From Ylistrum balloti (Eukaryota), in assembly GCF_031769215.1 (NCBI RefSeq), contig NW_026781950.1:310001-374000 (forward strand): 64,000 nt of DNA, given 5' to 3'. Positions 34,166-49,100 of the stretch are shown in pieces; position 1 is the first letter of the stretch; the number at the start of each line of letters is the position of its first letter. Position numbers and translations under genes: made by a program. Below the pieces are notes generated by a model. That model saw only the letters and a program-made list of their open reading frames with translations. It did not search any database and had not been told where the DNA came from.

Positions 34166-37100
34166 CTGAAAGGAGAAAATAGATTTCATTTAGTGGGAAA
34201 AAAATCAACTAATCATGGTAAAGGTAAAAAATAAATCAAGTATTAGATCCTTTCTGTTTGAAGTGGCGAGGCTTTCTCTAGTTGTGTATTAGATATCTAT
34301 TTTACTTTTTTAACTTGCCTTCAAGAATTTTCTGTTTCTATGGATTGAGGACTACACTAGATCTAATCCTGCGAATTGACCTACTTTGAGTACCCGTTTT
34401 TATCGACACGTGATTTATTTCCCATTTAATGAGATCTTTTTACAAGTTGAAATTGATCTGTATTCAAATAGTTCGAGAAAAATGAAGAAAAAGCTCTCAA
34501 AACTGAAATCTAAGAAGAACATTAGTCTTTAGCCATTGTGTAAATGCATGCCTTCATACATACTTAAAATCATTACAATACATGCGTGTGAATTGACACA
34601 AACACTTAAATGTCTACGTGCTGGTCTAATAGTCTTCCTACATTTTAGATGATACCAGATTTCGAGATAATAAGGTGTGCAAAGTTTTACTTTAGAATTA
34701 TAGCAACAATATCGTCTTACTTGATGGAACATGTAGCAAACCCAGTTGTAATCTACTTTGTCAAGATTATCACCTCCCAACGTCCCTTTGTTCAGTTCTA
34801 ATGAATTCATTCCACACTTAAAGTCCATGCTAGCTTGTCGTAACCATCTTATTCCCTCTGCACGTTGTGGGTTCTTCGGGTCGTCTTTTTGCCTTTGTTC
34901 ACCGTGTTCACGACTTTGCCTATACATTGACGATACCTGGTCTCCGAAAACGACCCAATCTGTTGATCGTTCGCCATAGCTCCATCCGTCGTAATTTCGC
35001 CGTCTTCTCGGTTCTCTCCTGTCTCCAGCAATTGGAGTGTCAAAGTCTTCGCCTTCGTCAAGGCGCCTACAGATATCAAATATAAACTGTGTGACCTCCT
35101 TAGCAAACCCTTGATGTAGGTCGCCTTTAATGAGATTTTTGTCAGGGTGCCATATCAGTAATAACCTCCGCATGACCCGTTTCCTGTCCGCAGTATCTAG
35201 TTGCCAAGCTTTGGACAAAGTAAAAATGATTTCATGAAAGATATTATTTCTATTAAGAGGCGTAAAACTGTCTTGTCCAAACTGATGTACAACTAATTCA
35301 GTAGATGTTGTTACTTCCGGATATACAACCTTATATAGCCGCAGCCCCATTACCACTTCGTTTCTACCATGGCCGAAACTAACTTCGTATTTCTGAAGAA
35401 GATGGTTGGTTTGGCTATCCTGTGGAACTATCTTTAGTATTCTGACAAAAATGTATATTGCATTCGACATTAAAGCATGTTGGTGACCTTCTACAGTTGG
35501 ATCAAACTTCTCGTAGACGACAAGGTCACCTGTCTTTAGAAGACTAATTTCATTCTGAAGTAATTCATGCAACCCTAACGGAACCAGGTTCCCCGGAAAG
35601 TACGAAAACAAAATATCTTTTTCGCTTTCTTCCTCCTCGAAATGAGTTTCACAATACTTTCGGAATCTGACTGGATCGTCTAGAAAACCCAACACTTCAC
35701 GGATTTTTTCTGGTGAGATTTTTTGGTCCAAACAGTCGGAAAGTGTTCCAAAGAGTTCTCCTCCAATGTCTTTTAACCAGGTACTTATTTCATGTGTGTT
35801 ATCCGCAAAATATAATTTTTGTACACCATCCTTGGTCGTGTAAAAACAGTCTTGACCAGCTTCGGTGTCAGAAATATATCTACCATCAATCGTAAGGATT
35901 GTTTTGATCTCTGTGAGGGAAATAAGCTGTATATTCAATAGCTGTTGATGGTACCTGTCGAAATCTTCGTCGCTGAATTTGCCGAATACCTTAATTACAT
36001 TTAAAAATCTCTCAGATGCTAGAAAAGCTCCTAATTCATCTACCTTGGTATCGTTCGCGATATTCGAATCGGATATGAGTACTTCCTGTACGATTGAACT
36101 CAAGACTCTAGGTTTTAAGTGATTGGGTAACTTCATGATTATATTTTCACGGTTGTGGCAAGCCTTCAAACTATGTATGAACTGTAGATTATGATCGTTG
36201 CATCGCATAACTCTTTTTTTAAGTTTGTTTTTATCCACAAACACCAAGTCTGTTGATTTTACCAAACGCTTGTCACAGGTAGGTAGATATAAGGATTCCA
36301 CATCTGCCATGGAAGTTTCAATATCGGGTACCTCTTTTTCTTCTAATAACAACATCAAATCATGCAATGCTGTTTTCACGTCTTCTAAGTGATCAGGATC
36401 AAGCATGTTAGATTTGACTTCACACTGAATTCTATATAATACATCCGCGTATTGACTCAAAGTTACAGAACCGGTTGTTCCAAGGAATTGAAAGAGCTTC
36501 TGATATGGTCCATAACAAAGGGGAATCTGAAACAAATGAGGCGGAATCGGTTTCTTTCCGTCAAATGAGATAGATACTTGTCTTGCAGTGACAAATAGTC
36601 CCTTTTCCATAATGTGTACGATTGGCGTTTCAGACAGCATTTGTTTAGTTTCACGATTAGAAAGACAATGACCTTGAAGATATTTATAAATTGTTGTGAT
36701 CAATTTATCGAATACATTTCCAGAATGAACATCTCTTGTTTCTGTTTTCTTTTCATGTAATATTTTGTTCATAGAGTCGAAAACATTGTGAGTATGGGAC
36801 AGCACATTGACCAGCGGTGGCTCCTTCAGAATTCCTAAGCCATTATTTACATTTCTCATTATATAGTCTGGCAAAATAGGAGTCGTCGACCAAACGAGTT
36901 CCGTTATAGAACTGTGCACAGAGCCACAAAATGTTATCAAGCCCTCACATCCGAATTGCGAATATATTTGTTGGTACGCAGGGTTGACACAGTCGGGTTC
37001 TACAAAGCGAATGTTTTTGATTTGCTCCAGAAATACAGGGTTGTTGTAAAGTTCCTTTGTTTCAAAGAGATACGTAGCTATCTCTTTAGACTGTTCTCTT

Positions 37101-40100
37101 ATGTTCTTTGTCATGCCTTCAGATTGTCCACCACTTTCTATCTTTTTGGCAAACTGGACAAACAAATCGGCTGACACTATTTCTTTCATTCCTGCGCTGA
37201 CCATTAGTGTCTTCCACTCCTTACATCCAAAAGGATCGGGTGGTAGCATGGACTCATCACACATTCTCTTACATAATCTGTTATGGGGGCTGTAAAAGGA
37301 GTCCGCTCGTTTCAAACATCCATCATGGAAAATGAATTCTGAAGTCCTCAACACTTTTTTAAACGGACAGTCTGGGGTATCTCTAAGCATATTCCTCACG
37401 TATTCCAAGTGAATTAAGTGATGTGCGCGCTCAAGATGACAAAAATTTGGCAGAACATGTTTGCAGTACAGTTCAGAAACTGAAACAGTTTCACTACAAT
37501 TTAAGTAGGACATCAAAGGTAACGCGTACTTGTTTTCTTCCAATAAAGTACATTGATAATTGTCGGACCAAGACTCAATACCGTCTTTGACAAGTTCAGA
37601 CGGCTCTTTCACAATAAGAATCCGCATAGCATCCCTTTGAAGACTGACGTTAATCCCATTAACAGTTCTGAACAAAGTCAGGTCTTTTATCATCTGGACA
37701 CTGAATGGTGGTTTCTTAAGCTTTTCAATGGTTTCCATCTGAGATAAGTATGACAGTATCATTTCGCCATGTTCTACTGTCAGATTTTTCAAATTATCCC
37801 TATGGTAATGAAGACACTGCACCAATCGTACTGGATCCTTCTGTGATGCTACTAGACCTCTTAATTTTGCCGAATTGGTACATGAATGCATCGTTGGCAC
37901 ATTTAGCGACATAAGCACATTCCGCAGGTCGTCGTCCTGAAATGACCAACAGTTCAGCAAAATAAAACTTCTATCGAATGGAACTAAAACGTCGTTGCGA
38001 CGAAGGCTTCCGGTCGTTTTCAATTTTCCAGGGATTAGACACCAATTTTCCATCACATCGATGTCAATACTTTCCAATGAATCCAAATATTGCCAGAGTG
38101 TTTCTATCCACTTAACACTTAGCATACGTTTATCCCACGGTATCGGTCTATCTCCTGATAGAGCTTCCTTGTCAAAATTTTCTGATAACATTTGTGTAAA
38201 ACTGTCCTGATCTAAGGATTTCAGACACTGGCATTTCTTCAGAGGCAACATCGTTAACACATTGACCATACCGCTGTGCACAAACTTGTTTGCCGATTTC
38301 GGCAGAAGATCACAAAATGGGGACAAAATAGCAGGTCTAGTTGAGGAAAAACACCGCAGGATTGCATCATTTGTCACTAGTAAGGGTAGCTGATCCTTGT
38401 GTTCGTGGAAATCATCTTCATCTTTAAGACAGTATCGTAGAAGACGGTTCACGTTGTCAATACTTTTGATAGGGGTGTCCGTTACTTTACGGTGTACATC
38501 ATTCAGACGGCAAGCATCTGGTGAAGTTTTGCCTATTTTTAAAAACTGGATGACATGACTAGGATTAACCAAATGGTCGATTAATGCCAATTGGCTGAAG
38601 TTTAAGCTGTTCGGCTGTTGCAATGCTTGACGCATACTTTCATGAATCCATAATGGTGATTCCAGTAATTTCATGCCGATACCTTTAAGAACACTGGACA
38701 GACAGCGTGCATCATTTGTAGCGCGTTCAAGATCTTCTTCTTTCTTTCCGATGATAAAACTGGAATCAGACTGTGGTCGAGGTTTTATCAGTTGTGTCGA
38801 ATATAAAAACTGTTCAATTAAATTATCAAAACAAGCAGGAAAAGCTTGACTCCTTTGTTGCAAAGCAACCCACCACAGCGATGTTGCATTCGGCGATATC
38901 ACCGGGAACACGGTGGACTCCTTTTCATAGAGAGTAGAAAAAAAGGAAGTTATCATTCCCTTGATAAGATCGGTTTTTCCATCTTCATATCGCGGAAATG
39001 CGTTGTGATAATTCTCCAATCTGGATTTGACGTTCACAACAGTAGATCCTTCCCTATTGATATCGTTTTCAAGCAAGTTGTCGCGTAGATGTTCAATAGC
39101 CATTATATAACTGTTCGATACCACCGTACTGAAAAGCAATTTGTTCCAGTCACCCTTGTATGTCTTATCCCACATGTTTCCTCTTGTCTGATTAAGGGCA
39201 AAATGTCCGTTGACATGTATGGGAAGACCTGTTTTCAAGGGCAGTGGAAGAAAACAAAATGCTTGTCCACCTTGTTTTCCCTTGTTGCTGGTCGACTGTA
39301 TATTTCTTGATACATTTAAAAGAGCCACGGCACCTTTTGGTGAGAGAATCATGTCACCGCATTGAAAAGCTAATCTTACAATCTCTGGTATTTTAGTACC
39401 CGTGTCGAATCCAAATGTCTGAGCAACGATCCAGTGTTCAGGTTGATGTAAAGTTTCCTGAATTGTCATGTTGTATATGCATTTCCGATATTCAATCTTT
39501 TCGACGAGCACCGATCTATCATATAAAGCTTTTGTACATGTGTTGCAGTTATTGGTGAACTCTTTCAAGTTACTTTCATCGTTTTCGTCAAGGCTAGATT
39601 CAACTTCATGGTTGATTTTGATATTTCCTCCTTCATCTATCTCAAATAATGATATTTTTCTGATATTCCTCAAAAACAAAAGGCATTTCTTCATATTGAA
39701 CTTGAAATGTTGAAATAATTCATTTAATGTACCAATGTCCATTGGTTTGTTACATATACGGGAAGATGGTGCCATGTTTTTGTTTCTCAAAGGAAATCGA
39801 AACCATGTGCCCTTTTGCCTTGGAAGCTCTTTTTGTAAATAACATTCGAACACTCCTGGGTATGACTCTTCCAGTTCTCTCAAATCAGGAATCTGCAATC
39901 CAGGATTATTGTCGTTTGCCTGGCAAAAATAACAATGAGGATCAAAAACGCAGAACGTTCCATTATTTGGTGTTGTCGGGCCTTTTGAGATAAAAGAAGG
40001 TACATCTGTCAAGTGATAAACTGCATTAAATCCTACTCCAAATTGACCGGTCTTTAATGGGTCGTGAGATTTGGATCCTTTCCCTAGTTTACAAATGCCT

Positions 40101-43100
40101 TCAAGATCTTCAACAGAGAAACAGGAGTCATTGAAAACACACAAGGCAGGACCCTGTATTTCAGACCACTTATTTCCAAAAATGCCTTTTGTAGTTTCGT
40201 GTTGTCTCATATCTTGAAAGAACATGATCTCACTTGATCCTGCGTCATCAGCATTTTGCAACAATTCATACAATATTGTCTCATCTCGGGGATATTCTTC
40301 CAGGATTCCTCTCAGTCGTGTCACTAATTCTTCCTTTTGTCCAAATGGCATGCTTCCTTTGATACTGTTGAGATGCTTTACACGCTTTGATTTTATGCCA
40401 AGTGACTTAATAATGCCTACTGATACTTTCTTGTTAACGAAATGCATGTAATCTTGTCTTTTGAGTTGATATCCATCATCTACACACAATTCATCTGTTA
40501 GACGAAGAACGTTTAAATCATCTGGAACGTAAATTTGAGACTTTTCAGTGGAACTAAGCATCATTCCTGATCGCTCACACATTGCAGTGAGAAGCTCCAG
40601 CAATTTTACGGTCAATTCAACACTCCTTACCGAAAGAATTGTTTCTTTGTTGTCCATTTTGATCTGCTCGAGTGCCGATAGAACGTTTTTGTGCGAAAGC
40701 GTTTTTTGAACACCAACAAGTTCGAGAAAATTGGTGTATTTCGCAACATCAGCCGTGCCTAATTGGTATATTGCTGGACTACAGTCGATACCATCGAACG
40801 TTTCCATCGTTGCCTTCTTAGGAGGTATCAGACAATCAGACATCAATATTATAGGGAGATTTTGATATTGTCTTGTCAGTGTTTCAGGCGAGTTGTTCAA
40901 GTATTGGTATACAGAATTGCATATTGAATGCAATCGGGTTTTTTGCTTGACAGTAAGAGTTTTATAATGCACTTGGCTGATTGCTAAAAGTTGTGCTTCA
41001 ACATCGATCTTCAAAATTTCCTGTCTGACTCCAAGTAGTTGAAGGACTTTTCCAACTTTAATATTTCTGTCGAATTCTTCAACGTCAACTATCGGTTGGG
41101 AACATGCTATTCGTTTCACATGTGTTGGAAGAAACATTTTGTTTGGAGGAAAGAACATAACTTTCATATTTGTGGAGCATTCAGTTCTCCACGGGAGAGG
41201 CCAATCGCTAGGTTTCTTTAAGTATGGTAGAAAGGCTATACTGCTCAAATCACCGAAGATCTTCTCATGATTGTGTTCTCGACACAGATATTCCAGTAAC
41301 TTTCGACAGCGATGTAAGGCAGCTTTATGGTCAGGAAGTTCGGCAATAGACTTTGTTCGTTCCACAACAACTTGGTCTGACATTGTCCTATCCATCATGC
41401 CCAACTGCACAAGGACATCTAAGATTTTCTCTTTACAAAAGGGTTGGTTGGAGTCAGATGGAAACCGTCCGTCACTTTCAAAGAACAAATGTGATACTTC
41501 GGATTTCGGTCGCACAAGTTCATTCGGAAATCTCAATCGTCTATCTTGTCGGACAGGAATACACGGTGTCAGTTTCAACAACTGCTGCAAATGAAGCCGT
41601 CTATTTTTCAATATAAACATCACCAATGCATCACGCTTTTCTTCATTTATTTGATTTATATTTGGGAAAAAAAGCTTCTCAAAGAACTTCTCCACGGAAA
41701 TCACCTGCTGGTCTAGTTTCTCCTTACATCCTGCTGTGCAAAATTGTTGGTATACGTCCTTTGACATATCCATCGGGATGTTTTTTCCACAGAACTTATT
41801 TTGAAAAACATCGAAGGCGTAGTCCCCAACGGTCTTGTCATGGCGAAAATCATGGTCAAGAAATACAGACTCCCGAAATGTAGCTCGACGCCCATCTGTC
41901 GTATAAAAGACTTCGTAGTCGCCACTGGTGATTTTTTCGAAAAATGCATTTGACAAGTATGACTCCCTTTCAGCGTCACTGTTGCTTATTGGCCATAGGG
42001 TTGCATATTTTTCAGGAGAAGTTCCAAATTTATCTAAACAGGTCAACATAGAAAGATAAGCGTTGCAAACTGCATCAGACATGACCATTCGGTTCCAAAT
42101 CTGATTCTTTGTTTCCCCTTTCTCGTCACTTGTTCCTTTCACTAAACCTTTCCTGTCACTGCTTACGGCGAAACATCCGTTAATATGTACAGGCAATTTG
42201 CATTTGGAGGGTAGTGGAAGAAAACAAAAGAAATGGCTCGTATTGTAGAATCCTAGTAGTTTCTCTTTATGTGGAAATGGTACCGCAGTAAGTTTCGAAT
42301 TTTCTAAGAACACCGCAACACTCCCTAGCGGGAGAGCACCCTCGCTTTCCAGACGACATGCATGTTCAAGTAGTTGATTTCCATTTCCTGACGCCCAGGC
42401 AACAAACCATTTCGAGGAATTCGTAAAGGGTTTCCTAACATCTAGAAGTGTGCTTTTAGGCATACACATCTTCACTGATAACAGTTCATGATATTCAAAG
42501 GTTTTATTTCTTTTGAATGCCTTTTCAACTTCCCGCATGACATGGATGCCAGCGGGGCTCTCAAACAATGGGTTGATCTTAACTACTTTTTTGTCAATGC
42601 TGAAAATAGCTTTAATATCACGCGCTGGGCTTAAACTCTCTTCGGGCAAATGGAATAATTTCATTTCTTTCATGTTTTGTGTAAATGTCAACATATCGCC
42701 AGCACAATTCTTGAAGAGATGAAAAAGAGAGATCATCTCATCTCTGCTGTACGGAGTGTTTTTTATCGCACTTTTTATTGCTTGGTGCTTAGTTCGTAAT
42801 GGGAATCGGAAAAGTGTACCATTGAACTTAGGCGGGAATGTGTGGCCCGACAAATCGCATCCAAATATGTTGTTGTATGGACGGAATTGATTCCTCATCA
42901 TCTTGAGAATACCTGAACTTTTTTCTGTGAAGGTCAACCGTATTCCAGGACTGCTTTTGTCCTTGATGGCCTTTCCAAGGTAAGTCGTATGAGGATCAAA
43001 GATTACCAGTGAGTTTCCACTAACAAAACTTGGAACATCGGTCAGATTGTATACGGCGCAGAATCCGAGTCCAAATTTTCCAATTTTGTGTTTTGTGCTT

Positions 43101-46100
43101 TTCTTTGTCCCATCGCCAAGCTTGATAATATTTTGGAAATCGCTTTCAGTAAACTGTACATCATTGTAAGCCCACAATGCTGGACCTTGGCACTCTGCCA
43201 TGTTAACGTCAACTAATCCAGATCTGGCATCCTTATTTTGCCTTTCGTCATAAAGAAAATGTATACGTTGAGCTCCTGCATCAGCTGCATTTTGAACCAG
43301 CTCCTTAAACACAGCCAGGCCATCTGGATAGTTTTCCAATATATTGTTCAGTCTTGTTGTTAATGGCTCTGACTGTCCGCAAGCAGAATATATTTCTTCT
43401 GTCCCTCCCTCGGACATAAATCTCTGAGTGAACGATTGGATTCCAAGGGATTCTGCTAATTCAGCACTGATATCGGAATGAACGCTTCTGATAGTACTTC
43501 CTACTTCACTGTTATGCAGCCAGCTGGAATCACTATCAAAGAATGTACAATCTTTAACCGGATATAGGTCAAAACTAGCGTTATTCGATTTAACAGGAAC
43601 CAGCACATCATCCAAGATCTCTTCATCATCTTTCATGCTTACTATACATTCAAGAATATCTTTCACCATCTTTCTGTCTCTCGTAGCTGTAGAAGTGGTC
43701 GTTGTTCTTTTGATTGTCATTAAAATGGACTTCATTGAACTTACAGTGAGTTCAGCTATTGATCCATGCAATACAAACAATTCGGAGAATTCGGAAAACT
43801 CGACGGGCAGTTTGTACAGAAACGGTTCAAGACATATGTTCTCGTTTGTCGGAAAGGATACAAATACCTTTTCTGCATGATGAAATCCTTCTTGTGTACA
43901 AACGAAAAATTCTGAGGTTAGCTCCTCGACTCTTGACGTAACAATACTCTCGTGCAATTGCAGATATATGGCTTTTACGATGTGCATCAGCGTTGCTTTT
44001 TGTCTTATGCAGAATATCTCTCTCAAAGCCTTCAATTGTAATAAACATATTTCAACACCTGGAGGAGTGTCCCATCCATATATTTCCGCAAGACGAGGAT
44101 AAAAAGATGTTTCCATAATGCATTTGACTGATGCTGAAAGTGACTGATGCTTGGTTGAGACGACATCCTGCGGCGAGCATAGAATTGATTCGAACTGCTG
44201 TCCATACCATGGTAGTACGCTCGGATAATGAGATGGTCTATCGCTAAGATAGGCTATCCAACGGTACTTGGTCAGACCTAATGCGTCGAAACTGTCAGCG
44301 GATTGTGTGATTATCTTCTCCAGAAGTTTCATCGCCTGTTGCGAACATTTTCTTAAATTTTCCTTGTCAGTTGCTTTCTGTTGACGGCACTTACGATCCA
44401 GTATTTCAACCACATTGCATATATCGTCGATTTCTACATCTTCTTCTGATTTCAATCCGAATTTTCTAAGTGCAGATTTGAGTTTTAGTTTTCGATATCT
44501 TGATGGGACGAATTTGGTTTCGTTAAAATGGAACAACTCCTGTAGATTTCTGTTGGTATGGTCAAAAAAATGTCTTATCGATTCAACAATCGTGTCTCCT
44601 ATTGCAGAGGAGACGTCAATGAACTTGATCCTGGAACCCAAATAGAGGATAGTGTCGTGATCACCTTTTATTTCATTAAGATGTTTGAGGAGATGTATCA
44701 TGAATTTCTCAATGCTCGAGCTGGAATATTCGTCAGAACCGCGAATAATAACATTTAAGATCTCCTCAACTAGTTTACATTCTGATATTTCACTGGCTCC
44801 CAGCCGCTCAGCAAGAATTTTTTGTGAGGATTCCAAATGCAGAAGAGGAAAGGGATATTTAACTGGGATAAGGTTTCTGCAAGCTATTTTTCCATTCTTA
44901 TTTATGGATGTGTACTGTGAGGTATTGTTAACGTCCGAGGTTTCAGGGAAAATATCCAACTGCCGCAGCATATCATCAACTGTTGGATTTCCTTTGTGAG
45001 GATCTTTTGACAGGAATTCTAGCAAAGCTTTTTTCTCCTCGAGACAGGACCGTTCGTTGAAGTGACATATTGTCAAATGGACATCGTCGGTTCCTTCCAA
45101 AAGGTCCAATACGTCTTTTATATTTGGATATTTGCAATAGGCTCCCATCAGTGCATCATAGCTGTCACCTTTTGGAATATGATTGATTACGGTTATTTTC
45201 AGTTTTGAAAGAGCGTTTCTCATATTCTGGCCCAGTGTTTCGGTCCCACCACACATAGCAACTACATACTTTCCTTTCAAAGACATCATATCCAAGATAC
45301 GGCTGGATTTGGATTTAATCCTTACAGGAACCAGAAACATATGCTCGAATGTTTCCAGGGTGTCAAAATGCTGACCGATGTATTTCCAGATGCGGTCGAG
45401 CCATTGCATTGTTATGTGATTAGTACATATATTAAAACAGTCACTATATTTTCCGTTCGCAGACAGTGTTTTTTTAAGCAAACTTGGAAAATTTTCCTTG
45501 TTTATTCTTCTCAGACAGTTAGTAGCATGTCTTGAAGATGCTGAAACACATAAAAACGATTTTATTTCATGTAACAAAAATGCGAGCTTAAACGAATAAA
45601 TTATGGCAATATTGATGTCATGTATTTTAGTGCATTTCGACCATACACTAAATCGTGCAATATCATAATATTTCAATGTGTGTTCAAAATGGATAATGTA
45701 CTTTTTTTTACAAAACTGAAATTTGCTACCGAATTCTTTCTATGAATTAATGATGTGATACTAACCTTCTTTCTGTATTTCATTCATATAATTTCTTGTC
45801 GTTTTAGGTATAAATAACTTGACGAAATTCTGTTCAATGCCTGGAAACATTTTCATCTCATCTTCCGTACAAAGGTACTTGGGATCTTTACCGTTGAACA
45901 AACAGAAAGTATCGTCTTCCAGGGGTAGAAGCTGAAGGTTACCAAGATCAGAGTACTGTTGATCAGCTAATACAAACTGCAGTAGTAAGAGTTTGTCCTT
46001 CGATGAAAGGCTGGTGTAGATAGGATTTTCTCTCATCACATCCCTCAAGTACTGCGGTGTTACTCTTTGTACATCTGGAAACGATTCTGCGACATGCAAT

Positions 46101-49100
46101 GGTGCATTCACAACATTACATCCGCTTTCCAACAGAAGATTGAATATAACTTGTTCCGTCTGCCTGTGAGTAATTGCATCACAATTCCAAATCAAAACAG
46201 CAAATACGGCATCCTTTGCTTGAATCCATTTTCCCGAATTATTCTTCGTGTAAAATATATCCCTATCTTGCAGGTTTCTGAACAAGGGATCCGCAATGCT
46301 TCCCCAGTTTGATAGAATGTTTGTTTGCGAAGGAAGCGTTTTGTACACTAGGTTATCAGATTCAATGCGTTGTTCCCTGACTGTGAAACCCTTCATGTAT
46401 TCAAGAGTATATGTATACGCTTCAGCAATCACTTCTTCACACAGTAAACGGTTCCATGTCTGGGCATCTTCTCTGTAGGTCTGATCATCTGTAGGCCATT
46501 TAACGTGATGCCTGTCTTGGCTCAGTGCGAAGAATCCGTTGATATGTACTGGTAGGCCGGTGTAATTTTCACTTGTAGCCGGAAGTGGTAGAAAACAAAA
46601 AACTTGGCCGCGAAATTCAATGTCTGGCGTGCTATCGACGGGAACTGCTATTCCAACAAAAGGACTGTACGACAGTTGCTTGTTTTCAATCAACACTGTG
46701 AGCTCCTTGGAAAGACCATCCGTGCCTTTTATATAACTACACAGAACCCATCGTTGTTTCTTTACTATCTCGCCGTCTTTTACAGTGACTATGACAGGAA
46801 GTATTGCCTTCAAATCCTCATCTGGTAGCTTGCCCTTGCATGCTGCAAGATTCAAGTTGAAAGATATCTTCTCTTCGTTATCAAGCGCAATGCGTTTCAC
46901 CGAGAACGATGTGGAACATGTGCCTTTTTCACAAAAAGATATATGAGAGATATTTTTAAGAAAAAGTGGCAAACAATGAGCATCTTTTTTTAACATGGAT
47001 ACAAGTTCTGTAACATCAGAATGTTCGAAAACTTTACTGGATAACTCTGAGGGGGAGCGGCGGAATGGAAACCAAAATAATGTGCCGTGGTATCTATCCT
47101 TCAACGACTCTTTTGTAAATCCACAATGGCCGAACAATGCCTTCATAGCAACAAGAGCCTCTCTATAATTGCGCTTCCTCTGGACAGATTTGCAAAGCTT
47201 CTTGAATTTCAAAGTATGGCAATCTTTTCCTAGTTTCTTTTTTGTCCGAAAAGGATCGATTACCAATATCTGATCGCCACTTATTATGACAGGGTTATCT
47301 GCAATATATACAATTGTTAAAAAATGTTAAGCATAACTACTATAGCATCCATAACGTTGTTGAATGTAAAGAAAACTGACAATAACGCAAAAGGAAAATC
47401 CAAGTTCAGATTCAGGATTTCCACTGTCGTTATGAAAAAATCATTAATTTCAGAAATGGCAGTGTACCACGTACAGAAGTTTCAGTTTGATACGCACAGA
47501 AATGTCAGTGTGCCATGTACAGAAGTTTCAGTTTGATACGTACAGAAATGTCAGTGTGCTATGTAGAGACGTTTCATTTTGATACCTACAGAAACGTCAG
47601 TGTGCCACGCACAGACGGTTCAGTTTGATACGTACAGAAATGTCAGTGTGCCACGTACAGACGTGTCAGTTTGATACGTACAGAAATGGCAGTGTACCAC
47701 GCACAGACGTTTCAGTTTGATACGTACAGAAATGTCAGTGTTCCACGCACAGACGTTTCAGTTTAATACGTACAGAAATATCAGTTTTCCACGTTCAGAA
47801 GTTTCAGTTTGATACCTACAGAAATGTCAGTGTGCCACGTCGGACGTGTCAGTTTGATACGTACAGAAATGGCAGTGTACCACGCACAGACGTTTCAGTT
47901 TGATACGTACAGAAATATCAGTGTGCAACGCACAGACGGTTCAGTTTGATACGTAGAGAAACGTCAGTCTGTTACATACAGACGGTTCAGTTCGATACGT
48001 ACAGAAATGTCAGTATGTCACGTACAGACGTTTCAGTTTGATACGTACAGAAATGTCAGTGTGCCACGCACAGACGGTTCAGTTTGATACGTAGAGAAAC
48101 GTCAGTCTGTTACATACAGAAGTTTCACTTTGATACGTACAGAAATGTCAGTGTGCAACGTACAGACACGTTTCAGTTTGATACGTACAGAAATGTCAGT
48201 GTGCCACGCACAGACGGTTCAGTTTGATACGTAGAGAAACGTCAGTCTGTTACATACAGACGGTTCAGTTTGATACGTACAAAAATGTCAGTATGTCACG
48301 TATAGACGTTTCAGTGTGATACGTACAGAAATGTCAGCGTGCCACTGACAGACGTTTCAGTTTGATACGTAGAGATATGTCACTTTACCACGTACAGAAG
48401 TTTCAGTTTGATACGTACAGAAATGTCAGTGTGCAACGTACAAGAGTTTCAGTTTGATACGTACAGAAATGTCAGTGTGCCACGTACAGACGTGTCAGTT
48501 TGATACGTACAGAAATGTCAGTGTGTCATTTACAGAAGTTTCAGTTTGATACGTACAGAAATGTCAGTGTGCCACGTACAGAAGTTTCAGTTTGATACGT
48601 ACAGAAATTTGAGTGTGCCACGTACAGAAGTTTCAGTTTGATACGTTCAGAAATGTCAATATGCCACGTACAGACGGTTCATTTTGATACGTACAGAAAT
48701 GTCAGTGTGCCACGTACAGAAGTTTCAGTTTGATACGTACAGAAATGTCAGTGTACACCTAACAGACGTTTCAGTTTGATACGTACAGATATGTCAGTGT
48801 GCAACGTACAAACGTTTTAGTTTGATACGTACAGAAACGTCAGTGTGCTACGTACAGAAGTTTCAGTTTGATACGTACAGAAATGTCAGTGTGCAACGTA
48901 CAGACACGTTTCAGTTTGATACGTACAGAAATGTCAGCATGCCACTGACAGACGTTTCAGTTTGATACGTACAGATACAGAAGTTTCAGTTTGATACCTA
49001 CAGAAATGTCAGTGTGCCACGTACAGACGTGTCAGTTTGATACGTACAGAAATGGCAGTGTACCACGCACAGACGTTTCAGTTTGATACGTACAGAAATG

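Noticed and set aside
43270-43310. QNAADA in sacsin repeat 2 as a catalytic loss
   Set aside because: The GHKL Glu, Asn and following Asp are retained; only the variable position differs.
34529-45676. Treating the 3715-aa ORF as a stand-alone intronless gene
   Set aside because: Its first 45 and last 63 codons are intronic read-through; splice sites link it in phase to five upstream exons and one downstream exon.
34758-46828. Many short antisense or alternate-frame ORFs over the sacsin-like CDS
   Set aside because: Expected shadow ORFs of a long coding region; no motifs.
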